A DNA stretch of 64,000 nucleotides, taken from assembly GCA_963808235.1 (NCBI GenBank), contig CAWEEQ010000003.1, forward strand, positions 1-64,000. The letters run 5' to 3'. The stretch is from an uncultured delta proteobacterium. Its GTDB lineage: Bacteria; Desulfobacterota; Binatia; Binatales; Binataceae. This document shows, in pieces, positions 31,436-44,436 of the stretch. Under the pieces are notes generated by a model. The model was not told the DNA's origin. It saw nothing but the letters and a program-made list of their open reading frames with translations, and searched no databases. Position numbers and translations under genes: made by a program. Every line of letters begins with the position of its first letter. Position 1 is the stretch's first letter.

Positions 31436-32044
31436 ATGACGAAATCGACGATTCTCTCCGCGGAATTCGCGCTTTCCGCGTTCTCGCTAAGCGGATGCCC
31501 GCGATGGAAACGCGCAGAGATCGCAATCGCCGGACGGTCGAACGTCGGCAAAAGTTCGCTGCTGAACGCTCTCACCAACGTCAAGGGTCTCGCACGGACC
31601 AGCAAGACTCCGGGTCGCACGCGATGCCTCAACTTCTTCACGGTTGGAAATGAGCTCGCGCTGTGCGACCTGCCGGGTTTCGGCTACGCCAAGATGAGCC
31701 ACGACGACGCTGCCAAGATTGCCTCCATGATGATCGAGTACATCCACGGCCGCGCCAACCTCGCCGCCATCGCGATTCTGATCGACTGCCGCCGTGGCCC
31801 TCAAAAAGACGAACTCGAGCTGGCCGCGATGGCCGCCGAGCGCGGCATCGGAGTCATTCCGGTCGCGACCAAGTGCGACAAACTCCGCCGATCGGAGCGC
31901 GCGGCGGCGCTCAAACGTTTCGACTCGATGCACATTGCGCCGATCTTCTGCTCGGCTACCTCCGGCGAGGGAATCGAAGATCTACGCCGCCGAATCCTCG
32001 CCGTCGATCGCGTCGAAGCCGTGAAGAACGCCGAAGTGTCATGA
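31436..32044 (+). CDS. engB: Ribosome-biogenesis GTPase EngB/YihA/YsxC
   Basis: GRSNVGKSS, SKTPGRT, DLPGFG, TKCDK. Confidence 0.93.
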   Translation: MTKSTILSAEFALSAFSLSGCPRWKRAEIAIAGRSNVGKSSLLNALTNVKGLARTSKTPGRTRCLNFFTVGNELALCDLPGFGYAKMSHDDAAKIASMMIEYIHGRANLAAIAILIDCRRGPQKDELELAAMAAERGIGVIPVATKCDKLRRSERAAALKRFDSMHIAPIFCSATSGEGIEDLRRRILAVDRVEAVKNAEVS

Positions 32045-32949
32045 ATCCCGACCTTTCGGTGATCATTCCGACCTATAACAGGCGCGCGATGGTGCGCGAG
32101 GCGATTGAGTCGGTGCTCGCGCAGACAGTCGCGCCTTTCGAGCTGATCGTCGTCGATGACGGCTCCTCCGATGGCACAATCGAAGACTTGGCGCTGCTTG
32201 GCGATTCGATTCGCCTCGAGCGCATCGCGAATCAGGGGCCTGCGGCGGCGCGGAATCGTGGCGTGGCGATTGCGCAAGCGCCGCTGATTGCGTTTCTGGA
32301 TTCCGACGATCTATGGTCGCCGACCAAGCTCGAGCGCCAGCTCGAGTTCATGCGCGAGAATCCCGCCTGTGAAATTTCGCAGTGTGACGAAATCTGGATT
32401 CGAAACGGGCGGCGCGTGAATCCCGGCGTACGCCATCGTAAGCGCGCGGGCGATTTTTTTGTAGAGTCGCTTCGCACCTGCCTCGTCAGTCCGTCGGCAG
32501 TGTTGATGCGGAAGCGACTGTTCGATTCAGTCGGCGGATTCGACGAGGACATGTGCGCCGCGGAAGACTACGACCTGTGGCTCCGAATTCTCATCGACAA
32601 TGAAGTCGGCCTGCTCGATGAGCCGCTGGTGACGCGCCGCGGGGGGTATCTCGATCAACTCTCGGCGACCACGCCGGCGATCGATCGGTTCCGGATTCTG
32701 GCGCTTACGAAACTGCTCGGCGACGATCGGCTCGATTCTGAGCGGCGGGCCGCGACGACGGAGGTGCTGGCCGAGAAGTGCCGCATCTATGCGGCCGGAC
32801 TGCTGCGACGCGGCAGAATCGATGCGGCGCGACTGTACGAGTGGGTCGCTGAACGAGCGGCAAGCTGGCAGGCGCGGGCGATTCCCGAAATCGGGTGTGC
32901 GATTAAATCGATGCGCCGGATGCTTCGCGAGATTCCGCATGAAAGCTGA
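32041..32949 (+). CDS. Glycosyltransferase family 2
   Basis: SVIIPTYNR, VVDDGSSD, AFLDSDD, EDYDLW; ATGA overlap with engB. Confidence 0.9.
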   Translation: MNPDLSVIIPTYNRRAMVREAIESVLAQTVAPFELIVVDDGSSDGTIEDLALLGDSIRLERIANQGPAAARNRGVAIAQAPLIAFLDSDDLWSPTKLERQLEFMRENPACEISQCDEIWIRNGRRVNPGVRHRKRAGDFFVESLRTCLVSPSAVLMRKRLFDSVGGFDEDMCAAEDYDLWLRILIDNEVGLLDEPLVTRRGGYLDQLSATTPAIDRFRILALTKLLGDDRLDSERRAATTEVLAEKCRIYAAGLLRRGRIDAARLYEWVAERAASWQARAIPEIGCAIKSMRRMLREIPHES

Positions 32950-33515
32950 TCGGCTCGACGCGGGAATACGCGCTGAGATCCGTATGCTGGCGGAGCGCAG
33001 ACGCGCTGCCCGCACCGCATCTCGAACGATGGCTCGCGATGGATGACGCATCGGGCAGCGCGTTGCTGGCGATCGCGCGCAATCTCGGGCTCAGGACCGG
33101 GCAAATCGTAAGCGGGCTTGAGCTGCTCGAGGAAATAGCGGTGCGCGAGCGGACTACGGTGGCCGCGGTTCTTGGCCGCGATGATATTCGCGGGATCGCA
33201 AACAGGGCGCGGCTCTGCGCCGTCGCGCGCGAGCGCGTTTATCGAAGCGCTTAGGCAGATTCGATTTCCCAGGCTCCAGAAAACGCAAACGCGCTGCGCG
33301 CCGAGATCGCGGCGCTCAAGCTGCCAGGCCGCATATCGGTAGACTTGCCGAAGGATCTTGGCTCTGATGAGCTTGCGATTTCGATGCGGGTGCGGAGCGC
33401 TGACGAACTGGGCAAACTGGTCGCAGCGCTGAATCGATCGAGTGAGGGCCTCGCGCGGATAGTCGAGATGCTTGGCGGCGGATCGCCCGGCGACGATGCT
33501 GAAGATGAAATTTGA
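32939..33515 (+). CDS. Hypothetical helical protein broken by several frameshifts
   Basis: Coding-like segments in successive frames (MKADRLDAG..., MDDASGSALL..., ...LKLPGRISVDLPKDLGSDEL...EDEI*) exactly fill the gap between the GT2 and radical SAM genes. Confidence 0.5.
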
Positions 33516-34602
33516 TCTTGATGGGGTATTTATCGAGCGTGGATGCGCCGACTCGGCGTTGGCCGAGCGCGTAGTGCGATCGATTCCGGCGGGCGTGCCG
33601 GTGAATCATGTTGACGACGCGCGCGAAGTCGCGAAGCCGGCGCGTCACGCTATCGATCCGTTCGGCGCGGGCAAGCGGCGGATGATTATCGCGCGGCGCA
33701 AGACTCCGTTCCTGATGGCGTGTCCGGCGGGATCGTCAAAATTTGCATGCTGCGGATACCTGGTTCTGACGCTCGCGTCGAACTGCCCGATGGACTGCTC
33801 GTACTGCTTCCTGCAGGAATACCTGGCAGACAATCCTGGCTTCCAGGTCTACGCGAATTTTGCCGATTCGTTCGATGAGCTGGACCGGCTGGTGGAAAGC
33901 GCGCCCGGGCGAAGCTTCCGGGTCGGCACCGGGGAGCTTGCGGATTCGCTCGCGTTCGACTCGATCACTGGGATCAGCCGCGAGCTGGTCGAATTTTTCG
34001 CCGCGCGCGAAAGTCTGACCCTGGAACTCAAGACCAAGACCGATGAAATTGAAAATCTGATCGGCCTGGACCCGCGCGGGCGCGTGCTGGTTTCGTGGAC
34101 GCTCTCGTCCGACGCGGTGTATCGGAGCTCGGAGAATCGCACTGCGTCTCCCTCGGCGCGAATCGCGGCCGCGCGAGCGGTGCTCGATGCCGGCTACCGG
34201 GTGGCGTTTCATTTCGATCCGCTGATCGCGTACCCGGGCGCGGAGCGCGACTACGCCCGACTGATCGACGAACTGCTCGACAGCGTGCCCGCGAAAAAAA
34301 TTGCGTTCATCAGCATGGGGGGATTGCGGATGACACCGCGATTGCGCGGCATTGCGCGCGATCGATTTCCGCGCGATCCGATGCTGTGTAATGAAGACGT
34401 GCTCGCGAGCGACGGGCGCTTTCGCACCTTTACTCCGCTGCGGCTGAAGCTTTATCGCACCCTCGCCGAGCGATTTCGCAAAGCCGGCGCCGAAATTCCA
34501 TCGTACTTGTGTATGGAACCGGCGAGCATCCATGAGCGCGTCTTTGGCGAGAGCTCCATCGCGACCGAGCATGATCGGCGAGCGGCTTGCGACGAGCGGT
34601 GA
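33505..34602 (+). CDS. Spore-photoproduct-lyase-like radical SAM protein (true end probably 34621)
   Basis: NCPMDCSYC, RVGTGELADSL, LELKTK, FHFDP, YLCME; shifted 3' frame ends in an ATGA overlap with murI. Confidence 0.85.
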   Translation: MKFDLDGVFIERGCADSALAERVVRSIPAGVPVNHVDDAREVAKPARHAIDPFGAGKRRMIIARRKTPFLMACPAGSSKFACCGYLVLTLASNCPMDCSYCFLQEYLADNPGFQVYANFADSFDELDRLVESAPGRSFRVGTGELADSLAFDSITGISRELVEFFAARESLTLELKTKTDEIENLIGLDPRGRVLVSWTLSSDAVYRSSENRTASPSARIAAARAVLDAGYRVAFHFDPLIAYPGAERDYARLIDELLDSVPAKKIAFISMGGLRMTPRLRGIARDRFPRDPMLCNEDVLASDGRFRTFTPLRLKLYRTLAERFRKAGAEIPSYLCMEPASIHERVFGESSIATEHDRRAACDER

Positions 34603-34617
34603 GCCGGTTTCATCCAG

Positions 34618-35497
34618 ATGAAGAAAAAAAAGAAAGCCGGGACGCGCGCCACGAAGATCGCGGCGTCCAACGGGCGGATCCGAAAAGTCGCGGCGCCGAT
34701 CCGCAAACGATCGTCCGATCGGAGTTTTCGATTCCGGCATCGGCGGGCTCACGGTGCTGAAGGCGCTTACCGACGCGCTCCCGGGCGAGGACTTTATCTA
34801 CCTTGGCGATACCGCGCGGCTGCCTTACGGCACCAAATCCAATGAAGTGATAATCCGCTACTCGAAAGAGAACACCGAGTTCCTGCTCGCCAAGGGAATC
34901 AAGATGCTGGTGGTGGCGTGCAACACTTCGAGTGCGGTTGCGCTCGATGCGATCGCGTCGGACACGATGGTGCCGGTGGTCGGAGTGATCGAGCCGGGTG
35001 CGCGCGCAGCGGTGAAGGCCTCGCGCAATGGGAAGATTGGAGTGATCGGCACTGAGGCGACGATCGCGTCGGGCGCGTACACGCGCGCGATACAGCGACT
35101 CGGTGCTAAATCTGAAATCTACACGCGCGCGTGTCCGCTGCTGGTGCCGCTCGCGGAGGAAGGATGGATCGACAACGAGGTCGCGGAGCGGACGGTCGCG
35201 CACTATTTGGAAAGCCTGAAGCAAAGCGGAATCGACACGCTGCTGCTCGGATGCACGCATTATCCGTTGCTGCGCGCGATGTTCGCGCGGGTGCTCGGCG
35301 TGAGCGTGAAGATCGTCGACTCCGCGACTGCGACCGCATCGGAGGTGCGCGAGCGGTTGCGGACCCTCGAGCTTGCGAGACGCGGCGGTGCCGGCAGTCA
35401 AAGTTTTTTCGTCACCGAGACGCCGGATCGCTTTGTGCGAGTAGGGCGCAGGTTCCTTGGGCCGCAAGTCGAGTCGGCGGTGCGAATCGAGCGCTAG
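34618..35497 (+). CDS. murI: Glutamate racemase; frameshift probably in the A8 run at 34624-34631
   Basis: PIGVFDSGIGGLTV, GDTARLPYG, VACNT, LGCTHYP; removing one A joins ATG 34618 to the conserved frame. Confidence 0.92.
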
Positions 35498-35646
35498 GTC
35501 AGCGGATAGACCCTCTCGTTTCGTGGCGATTTCAGGGTAAGATAATTTCCAGCTTAACCTGTGGAGTCGTGTCATCGGTCAGACCGCCCTGCTGCGGCTC
35601 GCCCCTCAACTAATCGAAAACTCGCCCCGCAAACTGCGCATATAAG

Positions 35647-38322
<2,676 letters not shown>

Positions 38323-38331
38323 CGCATTCGG

Positions 38332-39529
38332 ATGAAAGTTGATCTCGAACCCGCGCTGGTGGGTGGATTTCGTTTCGCCGGCGTCAGCGCGGGATTGAAG
38401 ACTGCGGAGGGCGCGCTCGACTTGGGCCTGATCGTCGCCGATCGACCTGCGTCGGCAGCGGCGGTGTTCAGTGCGAATCGGGTGAAGGCTGCGCCGGTGT
38501 ACGTTACTGCGGAGCGCGATCAAGTCGGGGCGGCTGCGAGCGGTGGTCGCGAATTCCGGATGCGCGAACAGCTTTACAGGCAAGGCCGGGATGCGTCTTG
38601 CGCGCGAGTCGTGCGCGGAAGTCGCACGCCTGGTCGGATGTGCGCCGAAACTGGTGGTGCCGTCGTCGACCGGCGTGATCGGACATCTATATGATTTCGC
38701 GAAGTTCAAGGCTGGAGCAGCCGAAGCCGCGCGATCGATCCGTGAAGACGGGCTTGGCGATTTTGCGCGCGCGATCATGACGACCGACACGCGGCCCAAA
38801 ATCGCCTCGACGACATTCAAAGCGGGCGGCGCGACGATCACGCTCGCGGGGGCAGCAAAAGGAGTCGGGATGATTTCGCCGAAGATGGCGACCATGCTCG
38901 CCTACCTGATGACCGACGCGGCGATCGCTCCCGCGGTGCTTCGACGATCGCTCAAGGCTGCGTTGCCCACCAGCTTCAACGCGATCACCGTCGACGGGGA
39001 CATGTCCACCAACGACACGGTAATAATCATGGCGAGCGGCGCCGCAGGAAATCGCGCGCTCAGCGCTCGCGAGCAGGCCGGATTCGATCGAGCGGTCGAG
39101 GAAGTCTCGGCGGCGCTCGCGCGCGAACTGGTCCGCGACGGCGAGGGAGCGACCAAGCTCGTCACCGTGGAGGTTCGCGGCGCGCGATCGACTGCTGATG
39201 CGGAACGCGCGGCGCGGCAGATCGCGAACTCGCCGCTGGTGAAGACGGCGTTCTTCGGAAACGATCCGAATGTTGGACGAATCCTTATGGCGGTGGGATC
39301 GTCGGGCGCGTACGTGGAATCAGAACGGCTGGTGCTGTGGATCGGCGGGATCAAAGTTGCCGCGAGCGGACGGCTGCTGATCGAAGCGCTCGACGCGGCG
39401 GGTGCGAAGATGCGCGAGCGCGAATTTGCGGTGCGGCTAGACTTGCGGCTGGGCAAATCGAGCGCGACGATCCTCACCTGCGATCTCAGCTACGACTACG
39501 TTCGAATCAACGCGGAGTACACAACCTGA
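38332..39529 (+). CDS. argJ: Ornithine acetyltransferase ArgJ; frameshift near 38518
   Basis: DLGLI...FSANRVKAAPV then NSGCAN, STGVIG, AIMTTD, KGVGMISPKMATML, DMSTND, DGEGATK, YVRINAEYTT. Confidence 0.92.
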
Positions 39530-39548
39530 CGCGCGGAGGTAATGCGAG

Positions 39549-39854
39549 GTGGCAAGCTTCATCAAAGTTGCGAGCGTGACGGAAGTTCCCGAGGGCGGCG
39601 GCATGACCGTCGAGGCGGCAGGCCGTCAGATCGCGCTGTTCAACGCCGGCGGAAAATTTTTTGCGATCGACAATACCTGCAAGCATCGCGGCGGCCCTCT
39701 CGGAGAAGGAGAATTGGACGGCACGACGGTGACATGCCCGTGGCATGGATGGGAGTACGACATCACGACGGGCGTGAACCTGGACGACGCGAGCGTCAAG
39801 CTCGGATGCTACCCGGTGAAGGTCGAGGGCGACGACATATTGATCGAAGCGTGA
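39549..39854 (+). CDS. Rieske [2Fe-2S] ferredoxin
   Basis: CKHRG and CPWHG ligand motifs. Confidence 0.9.
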   Translation: MASFIKVASVTEVPEGGGMTVEAAGRQIALFNAGGKFFAIDNTCKHRGGPLGEGELDGTTVTCPWHGWEYDITTGVNLDDASVKLGCYPVKVEGDDILIEA

Positions 39855-39885
39855 GCGCGATGCGTCGCGGCGGGATCGACGCGGA

Positions 39886-40611
39886 TCATCTATGCGCGGC
39901 GAAGAGGCGGCCGGCGGCATAAGTGACGCCGGCGGCGGCGATCCCGGTGAGCATGCTCTCAAGACCGCTGCGCCACCATGAGCGGCTGGTGATAATCGTT
40001 TTCAGAGCGCCAACCGCGAACAGAACGACGACGGTCGAGATCGCGGAGACCAGGATGCCTTCGACCGGCTCGAAAAAAATGTACGCCCACACCGGCACAA
40101 ACGCGCCTAACAGGTATGAACATCCGACCGCGAAGGCGGAGCGCAGAGGACGATCGAAGGATTCCTCGTTGAAGCCGAGTTCCTCGCGCATCATCACGTT
40201 GCTCCATCGCTCGGGATCGGCGGTGATGTGCGCGACGATCTGTTCCAGCAGCGGCCCGGCGAACCCCTTGTTTCGGTAGATGGTGCTGATTTCCTCGCGC
40301 TCGCGCTCGGGCCATCGCTCGATCTCGTCGCGCTCGCGCTCGATCTCGCTTTGGTAAAACTCGACCTGCGAGCGCGCGGAGATAAACGCCGCCAGGCCCA
40401 TCGCGACTGCTCCGCCGAGCATCTCGGACAAGCCCGCCATCATGGCTGCGTTGCCCGTCGTGAACGCACCGGCGACGCCCGAGGTGACTGCGAACGAGGC
40501 GACCAGTCCGTCGTTCAGCCCGAGCATCACGTCCCGCACCCACGGTCCGCCTGCGGCGTGAACCTGCTCGGTATGATGATCGTATTCGCGGCTGCGGATG
40601 GAGAGAGCCAT
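39886..40611 (-). CDS. VIT1/CCC1-family iron/manganese transporter
   Basis: RDVMLGLNDGLV, GAVAMG, MMREELG; start overlaps upstream stop (TGATG). Confidence 0.9.
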   Translation of the reverse strand: MALSIRSREYDHHTEQVHAAGGPWVRDVMLGLNDGLVASFAVTSGVAGAFTTGNAAMMAGLSEMLGGAVAMGLAAFISARSQVEFYQSEIERERDEIERWPEREREEISTIYRNKGFAGPLLEQIVAHITADPERWSNVMMREELGFNEESFDRPLRSAFAVGCSYLLGAFVPVWAYIFFEPVEGILVSAISTVVVLFAVGALKTIITSRSWWRSGLESMLTGIAAAGVTYAAGRLFAAHR

Positions 40612-41436
40612 CAGGAGACTCCTCTTATCGGTGATACGGCCGCACGATCTCGCGACGCAGCACCACGAATCTTCCGCCGATCGATTACTGCGCGCGAGGC
40701 CAAAATTTCGGCAACTATTTTTCGCGCCTCGGCACGGGCCGGGCGCTTGCCCAGGTAGGCGTACAGAAAATCGAGTCGTGCGGCGCGGCACAAGAATCGT
40801 CCGATGCTGCGATCGAGATGCACGAGATTCGCAACTCGGCGCTTCCACGAGACGGTCGCGGCGCGGCGAAAATCCTCGAGGTCGATGAAGTAAACCTTGA
40901 ACCCGCCGGCGCCGTCGTCGTCGACCATGATATTGGTTTCTTGCAAATCGAGCGTGTACAGCCCCGAGTCGTGCAATCGCCGCACTTCCTTCGCGACCGT
41001 ATCCGAGATGCGTTTGCGCCGGCTGAACGTCGCGCCCCTTGATCTCGTTCGGGCCGAGCGCGAAGCGGCTCAGCGTATCGGCGGCGGGGATCGCGCGGCT
41101 CAAAACGTACGAGGCGCGAATCGCGCCGAAGCGATACGAATCCATCGCGGCGAGCGGCTCCGGATGCGCGAAGCCGCGTGCGGAGAGCATCGCGGCGCCG
41201 GCGAGCGATCGTGCGGCGCGCGAACCGCGGATTCGCGCATAGATCCCGCGAAGCCATGAAGGGATTTCGACGCGCTTGATAAAGACCGGATCGGCGCCGC
41301 GCTGATCGATGAATCCGGCCATCGTCCTGCCTTCTGATTTCACCGCGCGAAATTGTGGCGAAGCGATCGACTCGTCCGCGCGCTCGATCATCGTGCGCCA
41401 CTCGGACGAGCGCGCATAAAGGACGACGCTACGCAT
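40611..41436 (-). CDS. Kdo/WaaP/InaA-like lipopolysaccharide kinase family protein; frameshift near 41025
   Basis: VFIKR, P.PLAA in one frame; RRLHDSG..DL..TNIMV, FIDLE in the next. Confidence 0.75.
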
Positions 41437-41478
41437 CGTCGCTACAGCTTATCCGTTCCGCGCCCTTATCGCACCGAT

Positions 41479-41925
41479 TTATAGCTGCTTCACAGGGCCG
41501 GACTTAGGCTCGACGATAAGCGAGCCGCCGACGTGCGCCGGATGCAACTGGCATGAGTACGGGAAAACGCCCGGCTTATCGGCAACGAAGGTGATTGTTT
41601 TCGGAGTGCCGCGCGTCACGACTTCGGTGACGTTATATGCCGGGATCGTAAATCCGTGCTGATTCGAAGCGCCCGGCACATTGTTGATTAGCGTGAGCTT
41701 CACCTTGTCGCCCTGTTCGACGGCGATTGCGCTGGGCAGCCAGAACTTCGTGCCGTCTACTTCGACCGAGACCACCGTGAAGCTGCGCGTACCCGGCTCG
41801 TCCGCGGGCGCCGCGGCTGCGGATGGTGCAGCGCCTTGTGCGTATGCGTTGTGAGTGATGCTCGGAAACATGAAGGCCGCGGCGGCGACGATCATTGCCA
41901 GAGTTGCGAAGATTGCCTTGCTCAT
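41479..41925 (-). CDS. Secreted cupredoxin (nitrosocyanin-like)
   Basis: Signal peptide ending AYA; V.QGDKV.L, QHGF.I, FVADKPGVF.Y.CQLHPAH. Confidence 0.8.
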   Translation of the reverse strand: MSKAIFATLAMIVAAAAFMFPSITHNAYAQGAAPSAAAAPADEPGTRSFTVVSVEVDGTKFWLPSAIAVEQGDKVKLTLINNVPGASNQHGFTIPAYNVTEVVTRGTPKTITFVADKPGVFPYSCQLHPAHVGGSLIVEPKSGPVKQL

Positions 41926-41976
41926 CGAGATTTTCTCCTTGATATGCGGGAAGTTTTTCGTGTGCATGGGAAAAAT

Positions 41977-42996
41977 TCAGCCGTTAAATCGCCTTGCCAG
42001 CTCTTGCCATTCTTTGTCGTCGGTTCCGGCGCGGTACGGGATGTAGAAGGCGATGCGATCGAGCAGGCCGTCGTAGCGCTCTCTCACCTTGTCCGCGATG
42101 TCGTCGAACGTGCCGGAGATCGTGTACACGTCGAGCATCTCGTCGGTGATCTCTTTGGCCATCTCGGCCCATTGGCCTTTGGCAGCCTTCTCATTGAGCC
42201 GCTGCGCCGCGTCGCCCCATCCGTGGGTATCAAGCACGACCTTGTAGGTGCGGGTGGATGCGTAGAAGGAGATTTGCTGGCGGACGGCTTCGCGGGTTTT
42301 TTTGATTTCTTCCGGAGTGCGGCCGACGATCACGAACGCCGTCGATTGGATTTCAAAGTCCTTGCGCGAGCGGCCCGCCTTCTTGAGGCCTTTCTCGACG
42401 TTGGGAAGCACGAATTCGCGGAGATACTTTGGCGAATTGAATGGATGCGCATGCAAGCCCTCGCAGGTCTCAGCTGCGAGGCGAATGATGTGCTCGTTGA
42501 CGCCGGCGATATGAATCGGAACATTCGGAAAATTATGTTTCGAGGGGGTGAAGAACGGCGTCATCAGCGAGAAATTGTAGAACTTGCCCTGGAACGAAAG
42601 CTTCGCGCCGCCTTCCGACCAGCATTTGAAGATTGCGCGCAGCGCACCGATGTACTCGCGCAGGCGCGGGACCGGCGCTTCCCATTTGGTGCTGTAGCGT
42701 CGCTCGATGTGACCCTTGACCTGGGTGCCAAGGCCCAGGATGAAGCGGCCCTCGGACAGGCCGGCGAGATCCCAAGCGACGCCGGCGGTGATCATGGGGC
42801 TGCGCGGGAACGCGATCGCGACCGAGGTGCCCATCTTGATCCGTTTGGTGTGCTCGGCGATCAGAGCCGCGGGGAGAAAGCCGTCGTTGCCGGCCTCGGG
42901 AATCCAGACCGCATCGAATCCGGCCTGCTCGGCGGCGCGAGCGGCGGCGGGAACGTCGCGCAGAGTTCGAGTCGAGAGACCGGTGTCGAGCTTCAT
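41977..42996 (-). CDS. Probable F420-dependent LLM oxidoreductase (TIGR03617-like)
   Basis: AIAFPRSPM, GRFILGLGTQVKGHIERRYS, FSLMTPFF, QISFYASTRTY. Confidence 0.85.
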   Translation of the reverse strand: MKLDTGLSTRTLRDVPAAARAAEQAGFDAVWIPEAGNDGFLPAALIAEHTKRIKMGTSVAIAFPRSPMITAGVAWDLAGLSEGRFILGLGTQVKGHIERRYSTKWEAPVPRLREYIGALRAIFKCWSEGGAKLSFQGKFYNFSLMTPFFTPSKHNFPNVPIHIAGVNEHIIRLAAETCEGLHAHPFNSPKYLREFVLPNVEKGLKKAGRSRKDFEIQSTAFVIVGRTPEEIKKTREAVRQQISFYASTRTYKVVLDTHGWGDAAQRLNEKAAKGQWAEMAKEITDEMLDVYTISGTFDDIADKVRERYDGLLDRIAFYIPYRAGTDDKEWQELARRFNG

Positions 42997-43410
42997 GGCT
43001 TTCTCACTTTTCCTTCTCCGCTATCGAGTCAGCTATAGGCGCGCGGATCGTAACAAAGCTCGCGGCCAACTGGAAAGGGCCGACGCCTTTCGTAGCAGAC
43101 CGACCAGACCGCTGCGCGCGGGGCGGGGGCACCCTCACCCGCGCGGCGCGGCCTCTCCCGCAACACAGCGGGCGAGGCGGGTAAGCAGTGGCTCCGGCCG
43201 CGACATCCTGACCCGGTGACCCCTGCACCCACCGACCATTCAATCGCAAAGCAGCCCACAGAGCGCGGACGGCATTTTGCTCTCGGTCGGGAAAGGTAGT
43301 CTCCGCATTTGTTGGCTGGGACTATCAGATGTTTTTGCAGATGTTTTTGCTGTTGCAGATGCTTCATTCCTTATGCACAGAGGACAGAATGCCACGGGTT
43401 TTTGCTTTGC

Positions 43411-43435
43411 GTAAGGCTGAACAGTTCAGCCCTAC
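43411..43435. repeat. GTAG-type REP-like palindrome
   Basis: GTAAGGCTGAAC-A-GTTCAGCCCTAC, nested inside an outer inverted repeat GGACAGA..TGCCA / TGGCA..TCTGTCC (43382-43453). Confidence 0.6.
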
Positions 43436-43484
43436 CAATATGGCAGTCTGTCCGGAATAGGCCAGCAACGGCGCGGGTTTATTA

Positions 43485-44302
43485 TCACGCGGGAGCGCGT
43501 TTTCCGAGCAGATCGAGGACGCGTTGCGGGTAATCGCTGATGATTCCGTCGACGCCCATGTCGAGCAGTTGCACCATCTCGGATTCCTCGTTGACCGTCC
43601 AGACGTGGATTTCGATTCCGATGCGATGCGCGAACTCGACGCTTTCGGGCGTGACCAGCGGCCAGGAATTATACTCGCGCGGGATTTGGAGTGCGGCGCC
43701 GGGCGGCCGATATTTCGTTTCGTTGCCGCCCGCGACCATCGCCTGCATAAAGAGCCCCGATTCGAGATACGAAAAGTTGGTCGGGATGTCCGGCGCGAGC
43801 TTGCGGACCTCGTCGAGCGGCTCCTGATGCTCGCTGGCGACGAGCACATTGCGATGCATCCCGGCGCATCGATCACATCGAGCATCGGAGCAACGATGCT
43901 CGGCGCGATCTGCTTGACTTCGACGATAACCCGAAGCTTCGGAAATTCCGCGAACACGTCGGCGAGCCGCGGTATCCTGATGCGTTTGTCGCGGAATGGA
44001 AACGTCGTGCCGCCGTCGAGCGTGAACATCCGCCCAGCATCGGCCGCGGCAACTTCGGCGTAGGTCATCTGCGGGATGGTGCGATCGAGTCCGCACATCC
44101 GCGCCAGATGATCGTCGTGCGCCACAACAATCTCGCCATCGCGGGTCATGTGGATATCAAGCTCGATATACGGCGCGCCCATCGCAGCGGCGGCACGAAA
44201 TGATTCGAGCGTGTTCTCCGGATGGGTGCCCGCACTACCGCGATGCCCGAATACTCGCGGGAGCGGAGATTTGAAGAAGTCGGTGTCGATGTGATTGGGC
44301 AT
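43485..44302 (-). CDS. Glycerophosphodiester phosphodiesterase; frameshift near 43868
   Basis: GHRG, PENTLESF, ELDIH.TRDG, HD, IVEVK; then HVWTVN, GVDGIISDYP in another frame. Confidence 0.85.
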
Positions 44303-44436
44303 CTTATGGTTTTAATCCGGGAGCGCATTATCCGCAAAGGAGTGAAAGCGAGGGAGGAGGATGAGGATACCGAAACCTCCCGCAGGTTTCGGACTTCCCG
44401 TCTTGTCTATACTTGGGAAAATACAAGGATGCGGCG

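Noticed and set aside
39886-41436. 516-aa kinase-VIT1 fusion in the ORF track
   Set aside because: Produced by a frameshift near 41025; the kinase C-terminus lies in another frame and ends at a TGATG overlap with the VIT1 start
43090-43200. Cobalamin riboswitch (GCCACTG...GGGAGAGG on the - strand)
   Set aside because: Other core elements and the B12 box are missing, and the CCCGCAAC-like motif is on the opposite strand
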